Below, in pieces: positions 23,932-31,928 of a DNA stretch of 64,000 nt; position 1 is the first letter of the stretch; the number at the start of each line of letters is the position of its first letter. A program made the position numbers and the translations under genes. The notes under the pieces were generated by a model. The model was not told where the DNA came from. It saw nothing but the letters and a program-made list of their open reading frames with translations, and did no database searches. Source of the DNA: Tepidisphaera sp. (GTDB lineage: Bacteria > Planctomycetota > Phycisphaerae > Phycisphaerales > UBA1924); contig CP051526.1 of the NCBI GenBank assembly GCA_050916045.1, positions 1,120,001 through 1,184,000 of the forward strand, written 5' to 3'.

Positions 23932-24002
23932 AATTCGTTCGGTAGCCTAACGATGGTGAACCACTGGAGGACCGATGGCAGTGCCACAAATCAGCCACAA
24001 AA

Positions 24003-24164
24003 TCACCGATGAAACTCGAGCACCCTCACGCCTTGGATCGGAGTGCCGTCGTACGAGTACGTCGCGGTCTGGAAGACGCTCAGGATCGCCGACAGGATGA
24101 ACGCCAGCAGGACCGCAATTGCGATCAGAACGATCAGCGTCGCAATGCGTATCGCGCGGTCCAT
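24003..24164 (-). CDS. 53-aa single-pass membrane peptide
   Basis: Read by hand: MDRAIRIATLIVLIAIAVLLAFILSAILSVFQTATYSYDGTPIQGVRVLEFHR; TAATG overlap with the upstream ORF. Confidence 0.7.
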   Translation of the reverse strand: MDRAIRIATLIVLIAIAVLLAFILSAILSVFQTATYSYDGTPIQGVRVLEFHR

Positions 24165-24433
24165 TAGCTTGCCGCCTTGTACTTGCTTGCGATCTTCGCC
24201 GCAACTTGGGCCACGCGATCGGGCGATAGGGTACCAAGGACAAGCTGCTGGCCTTCGTGTTCAAGCTCCGATACCCAGACAGCTATCCGCTCAATCAGAA
24301 GATTCCGGGCGGTGGCGTGCCGAGCTGCCAACTGCTCGACGGTCTCGACCGTCAAGTCTGTAACTCGAATCATTTGTCCAGAACCCCTCGCCATCTTGCG
24401 TGACACAGGCTTGCTCTGTGCTCTAGCTGACAT
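24164..24433 (-). CDS. Small putative DNA-binding protein, ribbon-helix-helix-like
   Basis: AGGAG RBS at 24441-24445; basic N-terminus, QMIRVT strand, then two helices. Confidence 0.65.
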   Translation of the reverse strand: MSARAQSKPVSRKMARGSGQMIRVTDLTVETVEQLAARHATARNLLIERIAVWVSELEHEGQQLVLGTLSPDRVAQVAAKIASKYKAAS

Positions 24434-24547
24434 GGTTGATCTCCTGTGGTACCACTCATGGCACCTCCAAGTAGGCCGTCAGGCACTGAACCCCACAGTC
24501 TGCCACAAATCTGCCACAAACTTCGACCCTAACGAACAAAAAGCACT

Positions 24548-24619
24548 AGCGGGCGACCGGATTCGAACCGGCGACGTACAGCTTGGAAGGCTGTCACTCT
24601 ACCACTGAGTTACGCCCGC
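24548..24619 (-). tRNA. tRNA-Gly(TCC)
   Basis: GCGGGCG acceptor, CAGC-CTTCCAA-GCTG anticodon arm, GGTTCGAATCC; CCA not encoded. Confidence 0.96.
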
Positions 24620-24753
24620 AACTCGCGGAACTCTAGGCTCGCAGGTCGGAGGTTTGCCGGTCGTTTGCGGGTGGGCCGCTCTGGGGCCGGCGGGTCTGGG
24701 CGGCTGCCGACCAGCGGTGCGGCGGGTTCGGGGATGGCCGGTACACTCTCGCG

Positions 24754-25266
24754 ATGTCCGAGCTTGCGACCATCATCGAACGCACGAAAGCGATCGAGTC
24801 CGGGCTGGTCCGCCGACTCGGCGCGACCGGTCGCGGCTTGCACGAGAAGGTTGATAGCGTGCAGGGCAAGCTTGATCCGGCGACGGTTCGTGCTTGCCGG
24901 TTTATCGCGACGATTCGGAACAAGACGGTGCACGAGGACGGGTTTGCTCCGACGCGGACCGAGATGAAGAGCTTCGTCGAGCGTTGCGACGAGGTGGAGC
25001 GGTCGCTTGGCGGCGGGCTTCGGCCACGGACGGGGCTGCTTGGGATGTTCGCGTGGACCTTCGCGGCGGCGGTGCTGCTGTTTGCGGCGGTGCTGATGGT
25101 GGTGGTGAGGCCGCTTCGGGACTGGTTGAGCCCGCCGCCGCCGGTGCGCCCGCTTCTGGACGATGTGAAGGTCGCTGGGATCGTGACCGTGGCGGTCATC
25201 GTCCTGACGATCGTGCTTGCGGTGTGGATCCGGGTGCGTGCACGCGGTCGTCAGCGGCGGCGATGA
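24754..25266 (+). CDS. HEPN/DUF4145-like domain with two C-terminal TM helices
   Basis: GRGLHEK...FIATIRNKTVHE (R-X4-H), then two hydrophobic segments. Confidence 0.6.
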   Translation: MSELATIIERTKAIESGLVRRLGATGRGLHEKVDSVQGKLDPATVRACRFIATIRNKTVHEDGFAPTRTEMKSFVERCDEVERSLGGGLRPRTGLLGMFAWTFAAAVLLFAAVLMVVVRPLRDWLSPPPPVRPLLDDVKVAGIVTVAVIVLTIVLAVWIRVRARGRQRRR

Positions 25267-25339
25267 TCCGACCGAGACCCGTACCGGTTCGGGCGCGGTC
25301 GGGGATCCGAAAGCGACCCTGGCGCGATATTCTGTGGGC

Positions 25340-26593
25340 ATGATCATCCGTTCCTTGGTCGCCGCGTCGGTCTTCGTGCTCGGTTCATCCACATCGCTCG
25401 CCCAGTCGGAGGGCGCGTCCGCGGCCGCTCCGGCGGCGCAGGGCCAAGCTTCGTCGACCGAAGCTCTTCGGGGCGAGCTCAACGCGCTGCTCGCGTCGAT
25501 GGCGGCTCGGGCGCTGGATGCGGACTTTGACGGGTACCTCAAGCACATCGATCCGGCGGATGATCGGTTCGTCAACGAGCAGAAGTACTGGGCCAAGGAT
25601 CTGCTTCGGGTGCCGGCGGCTGAGCTTGTCTATGAGCTCGGCGAGGAGATCAAGACACCGGCGGAGGGCGTGGCGGAAGCGCGGCTCACCGTGAAGTGGG
25701 CGATGAAGAAGCCTGATGGGACCAAAGCCAAGGCGCGGGACGTGAACTTTGACGCGCGGTTTTCGAAGCGCGACGGGAAGTGGACCTACTCGGGCGAAGC
25801 GTGGCTCCGGCACGAAGCTCCGGGTGTGATCGTCTTCTACTGGCCTGGGTTTGAGGATCTCGCCAAGGGCGTCGCGGAGGTCTTCCCGAGCATTCGGGCG
25901 GCGGTGGAGCCTGGGTTCAACCTCGTCGTTCCGCGGGCGCAGGAGATCAAGCTTTTCGCATCGATGAAGCACCTGCAGCATTCGATCTGCTTGTCGTACA
26001 CCGACGGGCTGGGCGGGTGGAACGAGCCCGGTGAGCCGATCAAGCAGCTTGCGCACAAGGGGCAGACGGGCGAGAGTTCGAAGGTTGTGCTTGCGCACGA
26101 GTTCGGTCACGCGTGCACGTTTGAGATGGGACCGACGTCGAACGAGATGCCGTGGTGGGCGCTGGAGGGTGTGGCGGAGCTTTCGGCGGAGGTGTTCTCG
26201 AACAGCCGGGAGTCGAACGATCGCGCGGTGCGGAAGATGGCGAGGGAGGGGAAGATTCCGAACTGGGATGATCTGGCGCGGTTCAACGAGGTGAGCGGGG
26301 AGAACTACGGCAAGGTCTACACGCTTGGGCATCACATGCTCGGGTTTATCTCGGATCGCTTTGAACGCAAGGGGCGGGTCGCGTGGCTTCACGCGATGTC
26401 CAACGGCAAGTCGCTGGATGAAGCGACGCGGTCGGCGCTGGGGATGAGCTTCGCCGAGCTTGACGCCGAGTGGCGTGCGGAGATCGCCAAGCCTCTTCCG
26501 GAGAAGGAAGGGAAGCCGGAGGGATCGGAAGCGGACAAGCCCGCGGGCGACACCAAGCCGGCGCCGAAAGCGGACGCCGCTCCGCAGAAGTGA
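25340..26593 (+). CDS. Secreted MA-clan (gluzincin-like) metallopeptidase with NTF2-like N-domain
   Basis: Signal peptide; AHEFGH and downstream PWWALEGVAE. Confidence 0.82.
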   Translation: MIIRSLVAASVFVLGSSTSLAQSEGASAAAPAAQGQASSTEALRGELNALLASMAARALDADFDGYLKHIDPADDRFVNEQKYWAKDLLRVPAAELVYELGEEIKTPAEGVAEARLTVKWAMKKPDGTKAKARDVNFDARFSKRDGKWTYSGEAWLRHEAPGVIVFYWPGFEDLAKGVAEVFPSIRAAVEPGFNLVVPRAQEIKLFASMKHLQHSICLSYTDGLGGWNEPGEPIKQLAHKGQTGESSKVVLAHEFGHACTFEMGPTSNEMPWWALEGVAELSAEVFSNSRESNDRAVRKMAREGKIPNWDDLARFNEVSGENYGKVYTLGHHMLGFISDRFERKGRVAWLHAMSNGKSLDEATRSALGMSFAELDAEWRAEIAKPLPEKEGKPEGSEADKPAGDTKPAPKADAAPQK

Positions 26594-26620
26594 GCCTCGC
26601 GAGGCGGGATGGGTTGAGGA

Positions 26621-27994
26621 TCAGTGACCGCCGCCGTGGCCCGCGTCCTTCTTGGCTTCGGGCTTGGCGTCTTTCTTCGCGGCGCCGGGGCCGGCTTTGA
26701 ACTGCGGTGTGGGGAGCTTGGGCGGAGCCGGGGCTTTGGCCGAGCCTTTCTTGGCGTCGTCCTTTTTCGCGCCGTGTCCGTCGTCTTTCTTGCCGTGAGC
26801 GTCTTTGCCGGCGTCGGCTTTGCCGTGGCCGTCGTCGGCGTGGGCGGCGTCCGCGTGGCCGTCGCCGTGCTCACCTTCGTGGCCGTGTTCGTCCGAGCGG
26901 ACGACTTCGCCCGCGGCGCCCTTGCGGTCGTTTCGGTCGGCGAGTTTGACGCCGGGGTGAGCGGGCTCGGGCGAGGGAGCTTTGTGGATGAAACAGACGT
27001 AGACGAGGAGGGTGAGCCCGACGAAGAGCGTGTAGACGCCGAGCCAGCCGAGGGTGTCGCGGAAGGTCTTGGGTCTGGACTGAAGCGGAGCGCTGATTGT
27101 GGCGACGGCGCGCAGGGCGTGCGGCTCGGCTTTGCTCGCGACCTGGGCCGCCGTGTGACCCGCGGCATGGAGCACTCGACGCGCGGCGGTGGTGGTGTGC
27201 GGGGCTTCCTCGGCGGCGTGCGTCGGCGTCGGAGGAGGTGGGGGAGGTGGGGGCGGTGTGCTCTCGTGAGCGACCGTCGTGGCTGCGGCCGGCTCGGGCT
27301 TGGCGGCGTGCTCTTTGGTTTCGGCGACTGGCTCCGCCTCGGCGGCTTTGGGTTCGCCAAGACCGGAAAGGAGTTCGTCCGTCAGCGAATCAAAGCTCTC
27401 TCGCTCTCCGCCGCCCGTGCCGGCGGAGCCGGTCGCCGGTGCGTTGCCCACCACGATCGTCGGATCGTCGCGGTCCAGACCGGCGAGCAGTTCATCCGAG
27501 AGCGAAGCGAACGCGTCGGTGGCGAGACTCTCGACGCCGTCGTCGGAATCGGCGGTCGTCTCTTCGGCGGAAGCTTCCGTGGCTTCGGCGACCGGCTCGG
27601 GTTGCGCGTCGGTCTCGGCTTGTGGAGCGGGCTCCTCAGCGGTCTCTTCGGCGGTCGCCGGTTCCTCTGCGGCCTGTGCGGCTTGGATGTCGTGGTGGGC
27701 GGGCTGCTTTGCGACGGGCTCGGCGGCGGGGGCTTGGGTGTCGGCTTTGGGCGTCGGCGTCTGGGCAGCGGTGGGATCGCCGGGAGGCGCGACGGCGGCG
27801 GCGACCTCCTTGACCATTTCGTCGACGGCTGCGGCGAGGTCTTCGAGCTGCGGCTGGGCGGCCTCGGCTGCCTTGGGTTTGGAAGCTTCCAACTCGGCGT
27901 TGAGCCGTTCGGCGGCTTGGCTCATTTCACTGAGCAACGACTCGACGCTTTCGTCGAGACTCGGCGCCGGCTTGGGGTCTGCTTCCGTAGACAT
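26621..27994 (-). CDS. Hypothetical single-pass protein, acidic disordered N-part, His-rich C-part
   Basis: ATG 27994; one TM (WLGVYTLFVGLTLLVYVCFI); ends GHGGGH. Confidence 0.75.
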   Translation of the reverse strand: MSTEADPKPAPSLDESVESLLSEMSQAAERLNAELEASKPKAAEAAQPQLEDLAAAVDEMVKEVAAAVAPPGDPTAAQTPTPKADTQAPAAEPVAKQPAHHDIQAAQAAEEPATAEETAEEPAPQAETDAQPEPVAEATEASAEETTADSDDGVESLATDAFASLSDELLAGLDRDDPTIVVGNAPATGSAGTGGGERESFDSLTDELLSGLGEPKAAEAEPVAETKEHAAKPEPAAATTVAHESTPPPPPPPPPTPTHAAEEAPHTTTAARRVLHAAGHTAAQVASKAEPHALRAVATISAPLQSRPKTFRDTLGWLGVYTLFVGLTLLVYVCFIHKAPSPEPAHPGVKLADRNDRKGAAGEVVRSDEHGHEGEHGDGHADAAHADDGHGKADAGKDAHGKKDDGHGAKKDDAKKGSAKAPAPPKLPTPQFKAGPGAAKKDAKPEAKKDAGHGGGH

Positions 27995-28167
27995 AGGACT
28001 TGCGAACGGGCAACTGGCGTCCTCCGCACCGAAGACCATCGGGCGGAAACGCGGGGCCGCGGAGGGCGAACCCAGTGTCCCCATAGTGTCGCAGAATCGG
28101 ATTCCGTGTGCGCGGCCTGTGACGGCGGTTCGCGGGCGATAATGGATGAGCCGCCTGAATAGGTGGT

Positions 28168-28890
28168 CTATTCGGCCGTAACGGGATTCGAGAGCGTCCC
28201 GAGGCCGGGGATCTCGATTTCGACCTGGTCGCCGGCTTGGAGGAAGACCGGCGGTTTGCGGGCCATGCCGACGCCGCTGGGGGTGCCGGTGAGGATGACG
28301 GTTCCCGGGAGGAGTGTGGTCCCGCTGGTGCACTCGGCGATGAGGGTGGCGACGTCGAAGATCATGTCGCTGGTGCCGGTGTCCTGCATGGTCTGCCCGT
28401 TGAGGCGGCAGATGAGGCGGAGGGCTTGCGGGTCGGGCACCTTGCTGGCGGGCGTCAGGACGGGACCGAGGGGGCAGAAGGTGTCGAAGCTCTTGCCGCG
28501 GTTGAACTGGCCGCCGGCGCCTTCCTTTTGCCACCAGCGGGCGGAGACGTCGTTGGCGGGGGCGTAACCGAGGACGCAGGAGAGAGCTTCGCTTTTGGGG
28601 ATGTCGCGTAGGGGCTTGCCCTGGGGGTGCATGAGGACGACGGCGAGCTCGGCTTCGAAGTCGACCTGCGGACGGTCCTGGCAGATTCTGGGGATGACGA
28701 TGGGTTCGCCGTGGAGCGAAGCGGCGAGGGGGTTTTTGGTGAAGAGGACGGGGCGTTCGGGCGCGCCCTTGCCTTGCTCGAGGGCGTGGGCGGCGTAGTT
28801 CATGCCGATGCCGATGATGTGGCGGAGCAGGAGCGAATTGCCGCCGGGAAGTTCAACGGAGACGCCAAGCGGGGACCTGGTGAGATTCAT
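28168..28890 (-). CDS. Fumarylacetoacetate hydrolase family protein
   Basis: IGMNYAAH, DFEAELAVV, ANDVSAR, GKSFDTFCPLGP, LTGTPSGVG. Confidence 0.93.
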   Translation of the reverse strand: MNLTRSPLGVSVELPGGNSLLLRHIIGIGMNYAAHALEQGKGAPERPVLFTKNPLAASLHGEPIVIPRICQDRPQVDFEAELAVVLMHPQGKPLRDIPKSEALSCVLGYAPANDVSARWWQKEGAGGQFNRGKSFDTFCPLGPVLTPASKVPDPQALRLICRLNGQTMQDTGTSDMIFDVATLIAECTSGTTLLPGTVILTGTPSGVGMARKPPVFLQAGDQVEIEIPGLGTLSNPVTAE

Positions 28891-28925
28891 TCCCGAGGGT
28901 AGACGGGGCGCGGGGTGCCAAAATG

Positions 28926-28961
28926 AAGACCGGGCGTCGCCACCAGCGACGCCCGGGTCTT
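28926..28961 (-). terminator. Hairpin downstream of the bactofilin gene
   Basis: AAGACCGGGCGTCGC/GCGACGCCCGGGTCTT stem, then CATTTT on the minus strand. Confidence 0.55.
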
Positions 28962-29020
28962 ATGTTCCCACCGGCGACTCGGGAATGGACCCCGAAGCCG
29001 GCCACCAGAAATCAAATGAG

Positions 29021-29500
29021 TTAGTGAGGAGTCGCTTTGGGCGACTGGAGCCAGCTCGGCGTGGGCGTCGAGGTGGCGGGGGCGGCGTTGTTGACGGGCC
29101 CGTTCATGTTGGCGAGGCGCGTGACGCGCGGCTTGGGCTCGATCTCGGCTTCTTCGCCGGCCTTGGCGGCCTGCGGGCCCACGCGGCACTGGCCGGTGTA
29201 GGTCGCGCCCTCGGCGACGATGATCGCGGCGGCGTTGATGTCGCCTTTGACGCGGGCTTTGCCGGAGAGGCTGAGTCGTTCGCGAGCGACGACGTCACCT
29301 TCGACGGTTCCGTCGACGATAACGCTCCGGGCTTCGACGGTGGCTTTGCAGAGCGCGCCTTCGGCGATGTGAACTTCGCCGCCGCTGACGATGCGTCCTT
29401 CGATGCTTCCGTAGATCTTGGCGGCCTGATCGAGGACGAGCTCGCCCTTGAACTTCGCGTCGCGTGCAATGACTGTCAGTGTGTTCTCGTCCGTGGGCAT
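29021..29500 (-). CDS. Bactofilin (polymer-forming cytoskeletal protein)
   Basis: TVIARDAKFKGEL...IYGSIEGRI...VDGTVEGDV...VKGDI beta-helix pattern. Confidence 0.9.
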   Translation of the reverse strand: MPTDENTLTVIARDAKFKGELVLDQAAKIYGSIEGRIVSGGEVHIAEGALCKATVEARSVIVDGTVEGDVVARERLSLSGKARVKGDINAAAIIVAEGATYTGQCRVGPQAAKAGEEAEIEPKPRVTRLANMNGPVNNAAPATSTPTPSWLQSPKATPH

Positions 29501-29711
29501 CCGAAGCCTCCGCTTGTGTCCGGGCCCCGCACGGATCCTCCGTGCGGCTTCCCCGCTCGACTGATGAGGGGGTGAAGTCCTTGGGCGCAAGTCTTGCCCA
29601 AGCGTAGCCGGTACTCCCTCGCTATCGGCCCTTCCCGACCCTTCTACTTGAGAATCACCCGGGCTTGGCGTCTGAATCTTCGAGGAAGCCGGAGGCGAAC
29701 AGTTCCCCGAC

Positions 29712-30197
29712 ATGCACGAGCACACGTTGGTCTCTGATTTTGTGATCCCACGCCCGCGGGATGAGGTCTTCGCGTTCTTCTCTGACGTGGCGAATCTGGA
29801 GCGGATCACGCCCTCTTGGCTGAACTTCAGGATCCTGACTCCGCTTCCGGTTGAGATGAAGACCGGAGCGCGGATGGACTACCGGATCGGCCTGCGTGGC
29901 CTTCCGATGACGTGGAAGACGCTGATCTCATCGTGGTGTCCGCCACACTCCTTTGTGGATGAGCAGATCAAGGGGCCCTACGCGTTGTGGCATCACACGC
30001 ACGAGTTCTTCTCGGTTCCGGATCCGCGGAATCCGGGTGGTCCGGGCGCGACGCGGATGGTGGACACGGTGCGATACCGGATTCCCTTCGGGCCGCTTGG
30101 GAGTCTGGCGCACGTGCTTTTCGTGCGTCGGGACCTTGAACGAATCTTCGCCTATCGACGGCAGCACATCGGGCAGATCATGGGGATCGAGCCCTGA
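29712..30197 (+). CDS. SRPBCC family protein
   Basis: EVFAFFSDVANLERITP, FVDEQIKGPYALWHHTH, IFAYR. Confidence 0.9.
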   Translation: MHEHTLVSDFVIPRPRDEVFAFFSDVANLERITPSWLNFRILTPLPVEMKTGARMDYRIGLRGLPMTWKTLISSWCPPHSFVDEQIKGPYALWHHTHEFFSVPDPRNPGGPGATRMVDTVRYRIPFGPLGSLAHVLFVRRDLERIFAYRRQHIGQIMGIEP

Positions 30198-30266
30198 TCC
30201 GGTGGGATTCTGGGGCGAGGGCGTGGGAGGGATCGAGGTCTTATAACCCGCGTGGGGCCGGCCGGC

Positions 30267-30827
30267 TCACTTTGATTCGGCGAGCGTTCGGATCTTCGCG
30301 TCTACTTCCTGCGCGAGGATCGGGCTGAATCCACGGTCGTGGAACCAGAGGACTTTGCCTTGGGCGTCCAGCAGGAGGACGCGCGCGGGCATGGGGTTTT
30401 CGGTGCCGGTGAAGGCTTCGAGGGTGTCAGCGTCGCCGTAGACGGTGATGACGTTTGCCCAGAGCTCCTGGGGGATGCCCTTTCGCATGCCATCGTCGAT
30501 CTGGTTGGCGAAGAGGCCGGGGACGAGACCGGAGATGGTGGGGAGCTCGTACATCGCGACGGGCGTGCTCATTTGGAGCATGGCGACCATCCAGCGATCG
30601 ATGTCGAACTGGGTGAACTGCTTGTAGCCGATGAAGACGAGCGCGGGCTTGCCGGCGAAGTCGGCGGGGAGGGTGCGGGGTTTGCCCTCGAGGGTTTCGC
30701 CGCGCACGGAGGGGAAGGTCTTGCCGATCAGCGTGGCGGGATCGACCTTGGTGGTAGAGGAGCAGCCGGCGGAGATGAGGATCGCGGTGGCGAGCGTGAA
30801 CACGGATGCGAGCTTGAAGCTGAACAT
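30267..30827 (-). CDS. Lipoprotein with thioredoxin-like fold (no CxxC)
   Basis: SAGC lipobox; FPSVRGETLEG...LPADFAGK; VLLLDAQGKV. Confidence 0.7.
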   Translation of the reverse strand: MFSFKLASVFTLATAILISAGCSSTTKVDPATLIGKTFPSVRGETLEGKPRTLPADFAGKPALVFIGYKQFTQFDIDRWMVAMLQMSTPVAMYELPTISGLVPGLFANQIDDGMRKGIPQELWANVITVYGDADTLEAFTGTENPMPARVLLLDAQGKVLWFHDRGFSPILAQEVDAKIRTLAESK

Positions 30828-30968
30828 GGACGGTGCCCCTGTGAGGATGGAACGTGGGAAGGCGAGAGCAGGATAGGGCTTGCCGATCCCGGGCTTGCGG
30901 GCCTTCGTTTAACGCAGTCTTGATGGGAGCGGTGCGGATGACCGTGCGTGCTGAAGTACGCTTGCCGG

Positions 30969-31928
30969 ATGCAGGATCGCTTTGGAGTCTCCCACGTCCT
31001 CCGGTTGATGGCGTGCGTGTGCATCGCGGCGGGTGGGTGCGCGGACCGGGGAGTGGTGGGGGATGGCGGGATTGAGGTCGACACTCAGGGGTTGATGGTG
31101 ATCAAGCCGGTGGCGCGGCTTGGACCTGGGGCGGGCAAAGAGATTTCCGGGATTGTGCGGAGCCGGCGGGACCCGACGGCTTTCTGGACGCTGAATGACT
31201 CTGGCGATGAGCCTCGTCTTTATCCGGTTCGTCTGGATGGGACGGTGGTGCCTTCGACGCGGTATCCGGAGGTTCCCGGCGTTTTGGTCGGGGGCGCGAT
31301 CAACGTGGACTGGGAAGCCATCGCGATGGACGCTTCGGGAAGGGTTGTGATCGCGGATCTGGGGAACAACAGCAACGCGCGAGCGGATCTGACGCTTTAC
31401 TTTGTGGAGGAGCCGGAAGCGACGGAGGGGAGGACTTCGGCGACGTCGAAGATACTGATTCGATATCCGGATCAGCCGTCGCGGCCCGCGCCTCGGGAGA
31501 ACTTCAACTTTGACGCCGAAGGGGTGTTCACGGTGGGGCATGAGATCTTCATCCTCACCAAGCACAGGTCGGACACGGCGACGAAGTTGTACCGGGTGGG
31601 CGAGCGGAGGATCGGAGTGGTGAACGATCTTGAGTTCGTCGAGAGGTTTGAGATCGCGGGTCAGGTGACGGGGGCGGACGCGAGCCCGGACGGGCTTCGG
31701 CTTGCGGTGCTGACGTACGGCTCAATCTGGCTTTTCGAGAGGACGAGTGTTTCGGAGTCGTTCTTCGGGGGCGTCGCGTACGAGCGGCGGTATCGGATGG
31801 AGGATGGGAAGAGCGACAGCGAAGCGATCTGCTTCGGGAGCGATGATGAGCTTGTGATCGCGGACGAGGCACGCGGGCTGCTGTATCGAGTGCCGGTGGA
31901 AGCGGTTCGCGCGGGAGGTCGGCGATGA
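30969..31928 (+). CDS. Putative lipoprotein with acidic beta-propeller-like repeats
   Basis: AGGC lipobox-like; EISG, NDSGD, DWEAIA, ADLGNN, FDAEG, VTGAD; 4-bp overlap with the next gene. Confidence 0.7.
   Translation: MQDRFGVSHVLRLMACVCIAAGGCADRGVVGDGGIEVDTQGLMVIKPVARLGPGAGKEISGIVRSRRDPTAFWTLNDSGDEPRLYPVRLDGTVVPSTRYPEVPGVLVGGAINVDWEAIAMDASGRVVIADLGNNSNARADLTLYFVEEPEATEGRTSATSKILIRYPDQPSRPAPRENFNFDAEGVFTVGHEIFILTKHRSDTATKLYRVGERRIGVVNDLEFVERFEIAGQVTGADASPDGLRLAVLTYGSIWLFERTSVSESFFGGVAYERRYRMEDGKSDSEAICFGSDDELVIADEARGLLYRVPVEAVRAGGRR

Larger units (their letters stand above)
23831..24593. mobile_element. Miniature tRNA-Gly-integrated element without integrase (717 bp repeat to repeat)
   Basis: 46-bp direct repeats, lower GC, GCCACAAA tandem repeats near both ends, two coupled small ORFs. 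Confidence 0.85.

Noticed and set aside
23975..24100. 41-aa plus-strand ORF after GGAGG inside the mini-island
   Set aside because: Overlaps the arm repeats and is antisense to the better-supported membrane peptide; no protein-like features.
30195..30210. TGATCCGGTGGGATTC as an att copy of the tRNA-Glu 3' end bounding the phosphonate locus
   Set aside because: Only about 8 contiguous matches; no integrase, host-like composition, and the tRNA keeps its own terminator.
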